A stretch of 52,016 bases of DNA from a virus (lineage: Duplodnaviria; Caudoviricetes), in IMG/VR virus record IMGVR_UViG_3300011438_000014, positions 1-52,016 of that record; one strand, given 5' to 3'. The first letter of the stretch is position 1. Every line of letters starts with the position of its first letter. Position numbers and translations under genes: made by a program. Of the stretch, positions 1-9,775 are shown in pieces. Below the pieces are notes generated by a model. The model was not told where the DNA came from and did no database searches. It saw only the letters and a list, made by a program, of their open reading frames with translations.

Positions 1-786
1 CACTTTCTCCACTGGGCTTTCGATACGAGCGGCATCTGGTTCTCCTTTGCTTGCGGCTGGTCTTCCTGTAACGGCGTGGACGGTGGCTGGAATTGCGATT
101 GCAGCCCCGGCTGCAATCTTCCCCCACGCTGCCCCTTTCTGTTCGGGCGTGGATGCCTCCCGCAATTCTTTCGCTGCCTCCATCACGCTCTTTGCCCCTT
201 GCAATCCAAAGTATCCCGCCACCACCCGACTGACATATTGGCCAATCTTGGGGATTGCCGAAGCTCCCGCCGTGGCAGCAAGGATGACCTGATTCTCCGG
301 TGACACCAATTCCTGCGCGGCTTTGGTAAGTTCATTACCAAACGCCGCCTCGAACGCCATGTGTTCTGGAAGCGGGGCAGGCTTAGGTTCCTCTGCCTTC
401 AGTGGTTCCGTGCTGGACGTGACCGTTGGAAGCGACGGCATGGGGGCACGCTCACGCACCGGTGCCGCACCCACCTGTTCAGCCAATGCTCGAATCCGTG
501 GCGCTTCGGCTGCCTGCCGGCGCAAATCTTCCGGCGCGGTAATGATCGGATCGGTCAGCACCTTCACCCCTTTGTAGAGCGCCTGGCTGGCAGCGAGTGG
601 ACCGTAGGTGGTGGCTAAATCCTTTACCCGATCAAATGCGGAAGGTATTTTGGAAACTTCCTTGGTTGCCACATCAGGAGCACCGAAGACTTCTGCGTCG
701 GTAAGCTCTTTGGATGGATCACCAAACACGTCGGCATCCGAGAGTTCCTTCGATCCGAAAACGTCCGCATCAGTAAGTTCAGCCAT
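1..786 (-). CDS. 5' part of a large probable internal virion/ejection protein (runs off the window)
   Basis: Not in the ORF track. Translated by hand from ATG 786 (MAELTDADVFGSKELSDADVFGDPSKELTDAEVFG...); open to position 1. Lies 4 nt after the stop of the preceding gene at the end of the virion operon. Confidence 0.7.
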   Translation of the reverse strand, partial: MAELTDADVFGSKELSDADVFGDPSKELTDAEVFGAPDVATKEVSKIPSAFDRVKDLATTYGPLAASQALYKGVKVLTDPIITAPEDLRRQAAEAPRIRALAEQVGAAPVRERAPMPSLPTVTSSTEPLKAEEPKPAPLPEHMAFEAAFGNELTKAAQELVSPENQVILAATAGASAIPKIGQYVSRVVAGYFGLQGAKSVMEAAKELREASTPEQKGAAWGKIAAGAAIAIPATVHAVTGRPAASKGEPDAARIESPVEKV

Positions 787-790
787 GATG

Positions 791-1813
791 TCATGGCGCC
801 ATCCAGCCTGTGCCTGTCCAACGAAGGGCGCCTTTTGGTGTCTGATAAATCACACCGCGATGGCGCTGTAAAGGATCGAGCGGGGCCTGGACAATGGCCG
901 GTAGCTGCGCGGATGGTGCCGCGGAGAACCGTGGCGTGAACTGGAATCGACCGCTCTCCGCATCATAAGGCGACATCGCCAACGCCTGATTACGGTTCAC
1001 GTCCCGGAACACCTGAGATGCTTCTTTCGCCGGCATGGGCTGGAGATCTGGATCAAATTCGCCGGCCATGATATTCGCCAGCACCTTGGCACGATACGCC
1101 GCTGCGTCTTCAGGTGTCGCACGACTTCCAAACCAACGCGCCGGATTGTACCAACCGCGACTACCAGCACCGGGTGGTACTGTGTCCTGCGTGATGGTCG
1201 GTCCCATCTCCGTGGCCAATGCTCCACGCTGGATGTTGGCGATGCGCGCGTTCGTGGTGTCCGTGACGTTCCCGCGCTCCGTGTCCTGGTTCATCACGTC
1301 GCGCCGGTTCGCGCTGAAGATGGCCTTGGCCACGGGCAAATCCGACGGATTCAAATCTGGTCGAAGGGATGCGATCGTGTCTTCAGTGATAGCTGGATTG
1401 TCCGCCAGATACGGAGCCAGTTTTTCAAACTTCCCAAGCGCAACCTCCGATTGATGATCCGGCCCGTATCGCAAGTCCTGCTCGCGTTTTCTCAATGCCA
1501 GTTCGGCAAGGACGTTCGACTGATTCCGCCCTGAACCAGCCACGTCCTGATTGAACCTGGCCAGTCCGAGTTGATTCGAGAAAGCACGCTGGTCGAGTTC
1601 GTCATTCCTGCTCTGGGCAGCGATGGCGGCATTGGCCAGCAACCGTTGCCAGTCCAGTTGGGTTGCGGCTGCGTCCCGGTCCTGCTGCTGACGCTGCGCC
1701 TGTGCCGCGCGATTGGATGCCAGCGAGTTGAAGTAGCGCGAGTCACGCGCGGAGTCTGTCGCCAACTCACGGTTGGCTACGTCTGAATAGTCTGAGCCGT
1801 AAATAAACCTCAT
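791..1813 (-). CDS. Probable internal virion (ejection) protein
   Basis: Ala/Gln/Arg-rich helical 340 aa ORF; ATG 1813 overlaps the upstream stop (ATGA); position downstream of the nozzle gene matches podovirus core proteins. Confidence 0.55.
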   Translation of the reverse strand: MRFIYGSDYSDVANRELATDSARDSRYFNSLASNRAAQAQRQQQDRDAAATQLDWQRLLANAAIAAQSRNDELDQRAFSNQLGLARFNQDVAGSGRNQSNVLAELALRKREQDLRYGPDHQSEVALGKFEKLAPYLADNPAITEDTIASLRPDLNPSDLPVAKAIFSANRRDVMNQDTERGNVTDTTNARIANIQRGALATEMGPTITQDTVPPGAGSRGWYNPARWFGSRATPEDAAAYRAKVLANIMAGEFDPDLQPMPAKEASQVFRDVNRNQALAMSPYDAESGRFQFTPRFSAAPSAQLPAIVQAPLDPLQRHRGVIYQTPKGALRWTGTGWMAP

Positions 1814-1965
1814 GCGACGTGCTTCCATGCCCTGCGTGCAACAATAGCGCGAATTGCAGATTCAGAAAGTCCGAGTTTACAGAAACTAACCACGCGGGGA
1901 GAGCACGCTTCCCGAATCTCACGCACTTCACTCTCACCCAGTTTGTCTGATTCGCTCAGGTTCAT
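1810..1965 (-). pseudogene. Internally deleted HNH homing endonuclease remnant (C-terminal HTH only, 51 aa)
   Basis: MNLSESD-KLGESEVREIR...LSESAIRAIVARRAWKHVA resembles the C-terminal KLTExxVxEIR...IxxRxWxHV DNA-binding tail of phage HNH nucleases. No HNH core. ATGA overlaps on both sides. Confidence 0.6.
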
Positions 1966-3335
1966 GCGTAGTTCTCCACGTTGCTTCCGCCCCAATAATC
2001 GGGCTGAGAATTGAAGTCAGGATTCCACGGCACTTCAGTAGGGTATTTCTCCCAAGGACTGAGTGGTATTGGATTCGGTGTAGGTCCGTAACCCACTTGT
2101 TGCGCTGGCGGCGAACCATACGGCCACTCCCCATACTGCTGGAAGAATTGAAACTCCTGCGCCGGCGTCAAACCACCCCCCCGTCCAGCCGCCACGTTCT
2201 GATTCGGCTGGCCAATGGTCGGAGGCGGACTTCTCAAGATGGCATCGGCCGCTGGACTGTAACCGCCACCACCACTGTACACTGGGCCACCCACTCTCGA
2301 CGGAATCAATCCGGCCACGTTCGGTTCGTACGGCTTCCGCAATCCGTAGAATGTGTTGGCAAGGTCGATACGGGAAGCGTCCCCGAGCAAGCCGAGCTTG
2401 ATGGCCAGTTCTGTTTGCGGATTCGTCACCCGGTAATTGGTGTTGGCGTTTTCAGCAGCGCCTATTCCGTAGAGCCGGGAGAGATCGTTCTGGTTGATGC
2501 GTTGGCCAACCTCCGTTGGAACGATGCCGCGCATCAGGTCGTTGTTGAGCAGGTTGCTCCGCGCACCCAGCAATCGGTTCTGCCCCTCGCGCGAGTAGAG
2601 ATAGTTCTGCTTCAACTGCTCGGCGTTATCCACCGCTGCGGCCCGCGCCAAATCCCCGCCCTTATCAAGCACCTGCCGATCAAGGTAGGAATCATTCCCG
2701 CCTAACAGAGCGCCCATGTTGCGGTTGCGCAGCACAGCTTGAATGGCGGGACTCAGGGCGCCGGCCGTCGCAATACGCCGGGCTCCAGCCAGCTTGTCCA
2801 ACTCACCCCGCACCGTCCCGTCGTAGAACTCGCCGACCGAACCAATCTCCTGGTTGGTCAGCGCAGTGTTCTGTGGCGCCGCCGCCATAAAACTGCTCGT
2901 GAAGTCAGCCAGCGATGAACGGTTGCCTTCCCGGTCGGTATCGAAGTTGTGGAACTCACTGGAAAGCCGGTCAGCCAATGGCTGGCTGCGGGTGGAGCGG
3001 ATGACGGTGTCGGGTTGTGGACCGCTCAAGGAATTAATCTGGCCAAGGACGGATTGCGCTGCCGCATCAATGCCGGGGTTCTTGACGTTGCGCAGCGTCG
3101 TGAACGGATTGCTGGTATCGGTCGGGGTGTTGATGCCACCGGCTCCTTCGACGCCCGCATTCTGGGCAATGCGATCATTTCTCCACCGCGTGCCGGGCAG
3201 CATATCTGCCCACTCTGGATAAATCCTGGACCCCACTCCCGCCGACTGATCCCCCTGTAAACTGCCACCTACTAGCGGACGTGAGTACGGATTCTGGTTC
3301 TGAAGGAAGAAGTTGAAATCCGTTGAGCGCGCCAT
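1962..3335 (-). CDS. Probable internal virion (ejection) protein
   Basis: 457 aa, Gly/Ala/Asn/Gln-rich; position in the virion operon after the nozzle. Confidence 0.55.
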   Translation of the reverse strand: MARSTDFNFFLQNQNPYSRPLVGGSLQGDQSAGVGSRIYPEWADMLPGTRWRNDRIAQNAGVEGAGGINTPTDTSNPFTTLRNVKNPGIDAAAQSVLGQINSLSGPQPDTVIRSTRSQPLADRLSSEFHNFDTDREGNRSSLADFTSSFMAAAPQNTALTNQEIGSVGEFYDGTVRGELDKLAGARRIATAGALSPAIQAVLRNRNMGALLGGNDSYLDRQVLDKGGDLARAAAVDNAEQLKQNYLYSREGQNRLLGARSNLLNNDLMRGIVPTEVGQRINQNDLSRLYGIGAAENANTNYRVTNPQTELAIKLGLLGDASRIDLANTFYGLRKPYEPNVAGLIPSRVGGPVYSGGGGYSPAADAILRSPPPTIGQPNQNVAAGRGGGLTPAQEFQFFQQYGEWPYGSPPAQQVGYGPTPNPIPLSPWEKYPTEVPWNPDFNSQPDYWGGSNVENYA

Positions 3336-3379
3336 TTGCAGGGATTTATGCTCGCGCTACCCGCAATCCGCAAGGTGAA

Positions 3380-3574
3380 TTACGAACCGCCGACCTGCCG
3401 TTGCTTCTGTTGCTGCTCGACGGCGAGGTCGTAAAGCTCGAACGCGCGCTGCAATTCCGGGTGACAAGTTCCCCGAGTGAATCCGGCCAGCTTGGGAAAC
3501 GCGGGCTCGGCACGGCTGGCTTCCTGCGCCTGCCGTTTCAAGTCCTGAAGGTTATCTGCCTTTGTGTCAGCCAT
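3380..3574 (-). CDS. Small hypothetical virion-operon protein
   Basis: 64 aa from ATG 3574, which overlaps the nozzle-gene stop (TGATG). Confidence 0.6.
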   Translation of the reverse strand: MADTKADNLQDLKRQAQEASRAEPAFPKLAGFTRGTCHPELQRAFELYDLAVEQQQKQRQVGGS

Positions 3575-5589
3575 CAGCATTCCAGTCTCGCGTCGAACTC
3601 CATTCGGGAAATCGCCACCCCGACCCCAACATCTTCCGGGTCGGAATCTTGATTATGTATGACGATTTCAAAGTAGTGAAACTTGCCGGCGTGAAACAGC
3701 GGCCACTCGTACTGGTTGTCCGGACGTGTCCCTTCCGCTTCGTGCTGCGCTTCCGTTCGATCGCTTAGGCACAGCAACTTGAAGGGTTCACCCGTCTCCG
3801 GGTTCATCAGCGCTTCCCAGTAGATAGGGCAGTTCACCAGGTTCGGGTCCAGCGCCGTGGCTGCCACCCCCACCCGTAGACTCATTCTGCCCGGCACTGC
3901 TGCCACGTCGGGCTCGGCTTCCACGTTGAACCGCACCCAGGTCTTGTCGCTGCTCGGCTGCTGCAAGCCGATGGGACCACTGCGGGCGATGGAGATGTAG
4001 CCCCGGTTCTCGTACGTCCCACACTGCTCGAACCCGACACAGCGCTCCCGGTACAGCACGCTCGACAGTTGCTTGATGCACCGGTCAGCCACCGCTGCCA
4101 TTAGAAACAACGTATCGGTACTGCACTCATCGGCAGTGAACTCGGACCCGCACAAGTCCTGCACCGTGACGCCAGCCAGCTTGGTGCGCAGGGATGTCTC
4201 CGTCGGGGTGGCCTGCCAGTCCTCTGACACCACGCCATGAATCGTCAGTTCGGAAGCGCTGGTGTAATTGTCTGGCGTGTCGCCTTCCTCGCAAGTGACT
4301 GGCGTGTCCACGATGCAACGGTCCTGAACCGGCAACGCCCCGGCTGCGCAGATGCAATTCGACAGTATCCACTGGCGCAGCGAGGTGAGGTTGCGCGCGT
4401 TGTGATTCAGGAAGACCGAGAACCCTTCCTTCACGAACGCCGAGAAGTGGGTCTCCGTGTTCATCACCAATGTCTCTGAGTTGCACGTCTCGCCGGCCAG
4501 CACGTAGGAGAACCAGTACGCCTTCTTCGCTGTGTCGTAGCCAGCGCAGTGAGTGGCACACCGTGACTTGTCCAGCGTGTTGTTGATGAACAGGTGTGAC
4601 GCCGCACGGCGGGACCACTCTTCAATCTCCGGCCTCGGCAGGTAGAAATTGTAGCGGTAGATCCCGTCCTCGCCCGCGTAGTAATGATTGTCGCCATCCG
4701 ACACCAGCGTGCGCTTGAACTTCAGGCAGCGCGACCCAGCCTTGTCCGGCGTGTAGCGCTTGGTGAACGTGAGCACCACCGGGTTCCCGGACGAATCCGC
4801 AGCATCCGTCACCCGGACTTCCCACATGCCACGGTTGGTGTAAAGGATGAGCGCATCCGCAAGCTCGGCCGCATTGAGAACAATCTCTCCGTAAGCCAGG
4901 AACTTCCGTCCAGCCAGAGACGATGCGGTGTTCGGAACGTACGACAGCGGCTTCTTGTAATCCGACCACAGGATCAAGTTCGTCTGCCTCACGCCATCCA
5001 TCACCACGTTGGCGGCGAACACCAGATTGTTCCATGCGTACAGAAATCCAACCCGGGTGATGTTAAGCGTTTGGAAATCCGGGATCGGCTGGACATAACC
5101 ACCATCTCCGTTGGCTGGCTGGTCGATGACGTGATACACCGGCTCATCAAAGTCGTTTGAGAACAAGACCGTGGAGTTCACGTTCGCCGCCTGCATGATG
5201 ATCTCGCTGCATCCCGCAAGGTTCGGTTCTCCACCGAACTCATCCCAAATCACTGACCAATGCTGCGTGGCGTTGTTCTTCGCGAAGAGCGTGTTCTGGG
5301 TGGCCGCGAATAGTTTCGTGAAACCCACGGGCGTCTTGGCCTCGAACGTGAACGTCAGGTGCTGGCGGTCCAGCCCGTAGCGGTAGTGGAGGTCGGCGTT
5401 CTCGTACGCCTCAGTGGGAAGGAAGCGCTGATACCCCGTCATCCTCCGCATCTTCCGATCCTGTGGATTTGTTTCCCAGTTCTCGACGTAACGATACCCG
5501 CCGAACGGCACCGCATCCGGGGATGAGGTCATGTCCAGCGGACCCGCCACCGGCTGGAGCGTGAACGTTTTGTCGCAGATCGCATTCAT
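3574..5589 (-). CDS. Probable tail nozzle / tail tubular protein B-like (beta-propeller)
   Basis: 671 aa beta-rich protein with ILWSD and LILYT-type blade motifs; size and position typical of podovirus nozzle/gp10-like proteins. Confidence 0.6.
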   Translation of the reverse strand: MNAICDKTFTLQPVAGPLDMTSSPDAVPFGGYRYVENWETNPQDRKMRRMTGYQRFLPTEAYENADLHYRYGLDRQHLTFTFEAKTPVGFTKLFAATQNTLFAKNNATQHWSVIWDEFGGEPNLAGCSEIIMQAANVNSTVLFSNDFDEPVYHVIDQPANGDGGYVQPIPDFQTLNITRVGFLYAWNNLVFAANVVMDGVRQTNLILWSDYKKPLSYVPNTASSLAGRKFLAYGEIVLNAAELADALILYTNRGMWEVRVTDAADSSGNPVVLTFTKRYTPDKAGSRCLKFKRTLVSDGDNHYYAGEDGIYRYNFYLPRPEIEEWSRRAASHLFINNTLDKSRCATHCAGYDTAKKAYWFSYVLAGETCNSETLVMNTETHFSAFVKEGFSVFLNHNARNLTSLRQWILSNCICAAGALPVQDRCIVDTPVTCEEGDTPDNYTSASELTIHGVVSEDWQATPTETSLRTKLAGVTVQDLCGSEFTADECSTDTLFLMAAVADRCIKQLSSVLYRERCVGFEQCGTYENRGYISIARSGPIGLQQPSSDKTWVRFNVEAEPDVAAVPGRMSLRVGVAATALDPNLVNCPIYWEALMNPETGEPFKLLCLSDRTEAQHEAEGTRPDNQYEWPLFHAGKFHYFEIVIHNQDSDPEDVGVGVAISRMEFDARLEC

Positions 5590-6149
5590 CAGTGAGGCGG
5601 ATTCCCCGGATTGTAGCCTTGCGAATAACCAAAAGCCGGCTGCGACGGCAGGCTACTCAACCCGTTGGTCGTGTTCACCGCCACCACAACGTAGGTATGG
5701 GCACGGGCGGGCTGCACATGATCGTCGAAGTGCGGCTGGGCCGGCGCATCCACGCTTCCAATGACCACCCCATCACGCTGGATGAAGTAACGATTCGCGT
5801 ACTCGGAAGTCGTGAACGACACCCGGATCATCGTAGGGAACGTTCCACGGCTCGCGGATACCAGCGGAGACGGTGGCCGCTGCACCGCCGGCTGGGAAGG
5901 AGGCTGCTCAGGTGGCGTCACCACGGGTGGTTCAGTAGGGGAGGATGGGGCAGCGGCAACACTGGCTATCCCCAAACACACCATCGCCCTGAAGTCATCC
6001 GTCAATGTTCCGTCGTCGTTGAAGACCGTTTTGTACCACTGGGCAAACAGGGCTGGAGCTTGCAGCGATGCAATAAACTTCTCGCAGAAGTCGCCGTCGA
6101 TGGAGGCAATGGACTCGAAAATTTTGTTCGGTGTGATTGGCGAAGGCAT
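5589..6149 (-). CDS. Virion accessory protein: shared N-terminal module, Pro-rich linker and FN3-like domain
   Basis: C-terminal YFIQRDG...FDDHV...HTYVVVAVN..GLSS is a fibronectin type III pattern; the N-terminus is paralogous to the two upstream small ORFs. Confidence 0.65.
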   Translation of the reverse strand: MPSPITPNKIFESIASIDGDFCEKFIASLQAPALFAQWYKTVFNDDGTLTDDFRAMVCLGIASVAAAPSSPTEPPVVTPPEQPPSQPAVQRPPSPLVSASRGTFPTMIRVSFTTSEYANRYFIQRDGVVIGSVDAPAQPHFDDHVQPARAHTYVVVAVNTTNGLSSLPSQPAFGYSQGYNPGNPPH

Positions 6150-6150
6150 A

Positions 6151-6339
6151 TCAGGGGTGGGCTGCTTTCAGCAGGACTTTGTATTCCTCGGTGAACTCAC
6201 CGCCTTCAGTGTACATGAACGAAAACCAATCGTAGAAAACCTGGTTGACCAGCAGTCCATTCTGGAACTTCGTGCATAGCTCTCCACCTGGCACTGGCAC
6301 GAGTGCTTCCATTTCTGATGATGCAATTGGTTGTGGCAT
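6151..6339 (-). CDS. Small protein, paralog of the 5589-6149 N-terminal module
   Basis: MPQPI...GELCTKF...WFSFMYTEGGEFTEEY; TAATG coupling to the upstream gene. Confidence 0.65.
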   Translation of the reverse strand: MPQPIASSEMEALVPVPGGELCTKFQNGLLVNQVFYDWFSFMYTEGGEFTEEYKVLLKAAHP

Positions 6340-6542
6340 TACGTGAAGGCCGAGCAATCAATCCCGGCAAGGTCTGCGGCGAACGCGGCGGTCAAGGTGC
6401 CGTCCTCATTGAACATGTACCTCATCACCGCGGTGGCGATTTGCGGAAAGATAACATGCGCTTTAATGATCGCCACGCCGAGATCATCCCCAGGAAGAAC
6501 CACTGCGGCTTCAACCTCAGCCAGCGTTACGGAAATCGGCAT
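6339..6542 (-). CDS. Small protein, paralog of the 5589-6149 N-terminal module
   Basis: MPISVT...PGDDL...RYMFNEDGTLTAAF matches VFNDDGTLTDDF in 5589-6149. Confidence 0.65.
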   Translation of the reverse strand: MPISVTLAEVEAAVVLPGDDLGVAIIKAHVIFPQIATAVMRYMFNEDGTLTAAFAADLAGIDCSAFT

Positions 6543-6572
6543 GGGTCGTTATTGCATCTGCACACTCAGGCG

Positions 6573-7196
6573 TCAATGCGCTGGATTCTTCAGCAGGACA
6601 TCCACTGGCCACAACTGCTCCACTGTCCAGCCAGGCAGCATCTTCTTGATTCCATCAAACCCTGGCTCGTTTTCGTAAGCGCCATCCGTGCAATGTTCGG
6701 TGTGCAGATACCGCGTGCTCTCAAACGTTTTCAGACCACCGAGAATAATCAGGTCTTCGGCGGCTTGAGCGTCCATCCAGACAAAATCCACCGGCCACAG
6801 CGCGAATGAGTCGAGCATTGCAGAGAACACTTTCACGGGGCGAGGATCGAAACGAAGGTCTGGGTAGGCGTTGACTCCCTCACAGGACACAGGCTTGCGG
6901 ATGGAGCTCGAATCCGTATGTAGTTCCCCCGCCTTGGAATTGGTGGTTGAGAGATAAAAGTCCGTCCATCCAGTCCGATCGGAGAGCGCACAAGGATGCA
7001 GACTGACGTTCAGTTTTGCTTCCAGTCGTTCACTGACAATCGCACCCACCGTCCTCGGGTCCGGCTCAAAGCAATGAATCTCTGCGGCAGGAAACAATGC
7101 CCGCAGCCTTGCCGTGTCCACCATGCGGGAGCACCCAATCTCCAATATCCTGTGCATTGGCCCAAGCGTTGGAAGGATGGTGTAGATGTCGCTCAT
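6573..7196 (-). CDS. FkbM-family SAM-dependent methyltransferase
   Basis: ILEIGC, IHCFEPDP, ALSDRTG, LDSF, VDFVWMDAQAAEDLIILG and YLHTE motifs. Confidence 0.85.
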   Translation of the reverse strand: MSDIYTILPTLGPMHRILEIGCSRMVDTARLRALFPAAEIHCFEPDPRTVGAIVSERLEAKLNVSLHPCALSDRTGWTDFYLSTTNSKAGELHTDSSSIRKPVSCEGVNAYPDLRFDPRPVKVFSAMLDSFALWPVDFVWMDAQAAEDLIILGGLKTFESTRYLHTEHCTDGAYENEPGFDGIKKMLPGWTVEQLWPVDVLLKNPAH

Positions 7197-9775
7197 GGGG
7201 TTTTGCCGCTGACCAGCCCCACGTAATACGTGTTGCCACGTTCCGAAAAGAACTGCTGCGCCAGCTTACGATTCAATTGCTGCCCTGGATTCGAGTACTT
7301 GGCTTTGATCCAGTAGGGCGGGTGGTACTCATGCCAGATCGTGTGGTCGAGGTGCATGGGCATGTTCCAATAATCGATCCGCAAAGACGACGCTGCCTCA
7401 CCAGACACGTGCTCTTCCGCCAGGGTTCTGAAACAGGTGTCCCATGCCTCTCGACCAATCAACATGTCAGGGAGCTTGTTCCGGTGCATCCGCCACCACC
7501 CCGGCTGGAAGGCCATCAAATCAAAGCCGCCATCACAGCTTCCTCCGGTCAATGTTTTCAGATGCACCCACGGCGTTGGGGTGATGTTTCTCCTGAACGC
7601 ACACGCCACCCCGTTGTTCCTTTGCACCGCTTCGATGATTCTCTCTGGGGCCACCGTCGTCAGTCCGGCGTCTTTGTTGATGTACACCACGATGTCCTCT
7701 GGCATGGCGAACTTGCACCCGTAGTCGAACAGGTCACGCACGTACGGCACCGGCCGAGGGTCGCCAATCGACTCACTGGTGCGATGCAGATCAGAATCCT
7801 TGACCGGGAAATCCATCATAGCGCCTGTTTGGAAATGCAAATCCCACGAATAGCGCGCGTTCTCGAAACGCCTTTTGCAATCGTCATCCCATGGCGGAAC
7901 ATCCGAATAGATCAATAATAACTTCGGTGCGTACTGTTCCGGTGGGGCTTCGTGGCTTTTGAAATACGACCTGGCGTAATCGTATCCCGCCAGCAACCTT
8001 TCGTACGTGCCACCCTGTTGCGCGGCGTAGGTGCCACTGCCGTTGTGGACACCGTAATGGCTCAGCACCTCGTTGATATAGACCCACCCCTTCTTGCCCT
8101 GCTGCTGCCGTAGGTGGGCGATGATCTCCGTGCCGAGCAACATCCCCGGATGAAGGAAACACTGTGGTTCAGTCAGTGCGGCTTCGCACTCCTTCAAGGC
8201 ATGAATCAAAGTCCTGCGGTCGAACACCGTAATGATCGGGGACAACGTTGCTCCCCTTCTCAGAATGCACTGCTCCAAATCCGACGCTGGCATTGAGCAC
8301 GTTGCCCCTGTCCAGTAATCCGCAGGGGTGATGGTTCCATTCTCCCACAAGTGGGCGCCACGCCACGTCACGGCCAGGCCATCTTTCAGCGCCGGCAGAA
8401 TCATCGCCTTGTAACGCGACGCAAATTCCGGTGTCAGGCAATCGTCGTCGTGGAGGATGAGCACTCGTGAGGTGTCGGCGTAATAAGCCGCCCTCATCCA
8501 CGCAGCGTTGCAGCCGAGTTCCGGGCTCCGGTCCACGATAAGATTCGGCCTGAATGAATCCAGCAATGCCTTGGTCACTTCTTCGGTGGGCTCGGCGGAA
8601 GATACCACGATCTTGAACTTCGAGTCCACTGAAGCAATGGCTCGCTTCAGGTGTGCGGTACGTTTGAAGCTGGTGATACACACCGTCAACTCATCAGACT
8701 CCACTGGTGGCACATCATCCAACCGGGCGCGAGTCGGTGCCGTCCTGCCCATGAAACCGAACTCGCGCAAAACTTCGTGAAGGGCAGAATTTGAACGCTC
8801 CCATGAGAACTGTTGCGCCACCAACGCCGATTGCGCACCGAGTCCAATGGCGCGAGCCGGATGATTCGCAACCTCGCGCATCACCCTGATCAGATCCCCT
8901 TCGTCCACTTTTGCCCAAACCCCCTGTCCTTTCCATGCCTCCTGCGCTGGCTCAGTTACATGCGCCACGACGTATCCCCACGCTTCGCTGTGGTACTCGG
9001 CTGTACCCGCGTATTTGGGGGCGATGATTGGTCGTCCGCACGCCATCGCCTGGTGGGGCATCAATTCCCATCCACCGGTAGCCAGGGAAATGAACACGCT
9101 CAAGCCGTCGTACCATTCCTCCAGCTTTTCTTCCGCCAAGAACTCCCGACAAATCGCAACCCGCTTATCTGAACAATTGATCTTCGGGTCGTCCGGGAAG
9201 CATTTAAGCATGAGCCTGACATCCCCCCGATCCGGGAAAGCCTTCTGAAATGCGTCGATCACCTGATGCAGCCCCTTCCGGGCAAATCCATGCTTCAATC
9301 TCCCTGATGCGCCAAAGGTGGTGAATTCCTGCAACCTGACGAATTTAGGTTGAAACACCTTGGTATCGATCCCCATCGGCACGACCCGTATCGGCTTGTC
9401 CACCCCACACGCGCTGAACACCGTGGCGCACCACTGCGATGGCACCACGACTATCTCGGCCATGTTCACGAAATCGACCGCTTCCCTCGTCAACCGCGTG
9501 GACTCGCACATCGTGATGTAGCAGGTGCGCTTGCCAGGTGTCGGCATCTGCGTTGGTGGCGAAAGCAATATCTCGAAGGGTTCAGGCTGTGGCTCGTTGA
9601 CGATGCGGCGCGTAATCCAGTCAGGCACAAATTGCGCGTAACCGCTGTTGTGGCGAATCGGTCGGATGCTGACGTAGGTGTTGGGCAGCGCGTTCAGCGC
9701 CTCCAGCACCTTCTGGCTGTGCATCCCGTAGGAGGAAAAAGAGTCAAGGATTCCGGTAAAGGTAAGTCGTGTCAT
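7193..9775 (-). CDS. Multidomain glycosyltransferase (GT-B/GT4-like, GT-A/GT2-like and a third putative GT-A domain)
   Basis: GT4-type VVPSQW, VVPMGID, GWELMPHQAMACGRPII and FSWE; GT2-type LTVCITSFKR and ILHDDD; C-terminal VYINKD...GFDLMAF...IGREAWD. Confidence 0.85.
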   Translation of the reverse strand: MTRLTFTGILDSFSSYGMHSQKVLEALNALPNTYVSIRPIRHNSGYAQFVPDWITRRIVNEPQPEPFEILLSPPTQMPTPGKRTCYITMCESTRLTREAVDFVNMAEIVVVPSQWCATVFSACGVDKPIRVVPMGIDTKVFQPKFVRLQEFTTFGASGRLKHGFARKGLHQVIDAFQKAFPDRGDVRLMLKCFPDDPKINCSDKRVAICREFLAEEKLEEWYDGLSVFISLATGGWELMPHQAMACGRPIIAPKYAGTAEYHSEAWGYVVAHVTEPAQEAWKGQGVWAKVDEGDLIRVMREVANHPARAIGLGAQSALVAQQFSWERSNSALHEVLREFGFMGRTAPTRARLDDVPPVESDELTVCITSFKRTAHLKRAIASVDSKFKIVVSSAEPTEEVTKALLDSFRPNLIVDRSPELGCNAAWMRAAYYADTSRVLILHDDDCLTPEFASRYKAMILPALKDGLAVTWRGAHLWENGTITPADYWTGATCSMPASDLEQCILRRGATLSPIITVFDRRTLIHALKECEAALTEPQCFLHPGMLLGTEIIAHLRQQQGKKGWVYINEVLSHYGVHNGSGTYAAQQGGTYERLLAGYDYARSYFKSHEAPPEQYAPKLLLIYSDVPPWDDDCKRRFENARYSWDLHFQTGAMMDFPVKDSDLHRTSESIGDPRPVPYVRDLFDYGCKFAMPEDIVVYINKDAGLTTVAPERIIEAVQRNNGVACAFRRNITPTPWVHLKTLTGGSCDGGFDLMAFQPGWWRMHRNKLPDMLIGREAWDTCFRTLAEEHVSGEAASSLRIDYWNMPMHLDHTIWHEYHPPYWIKAKYSNPGQQLNRKLAQQFFSERGNTYYVGLVSGKTP

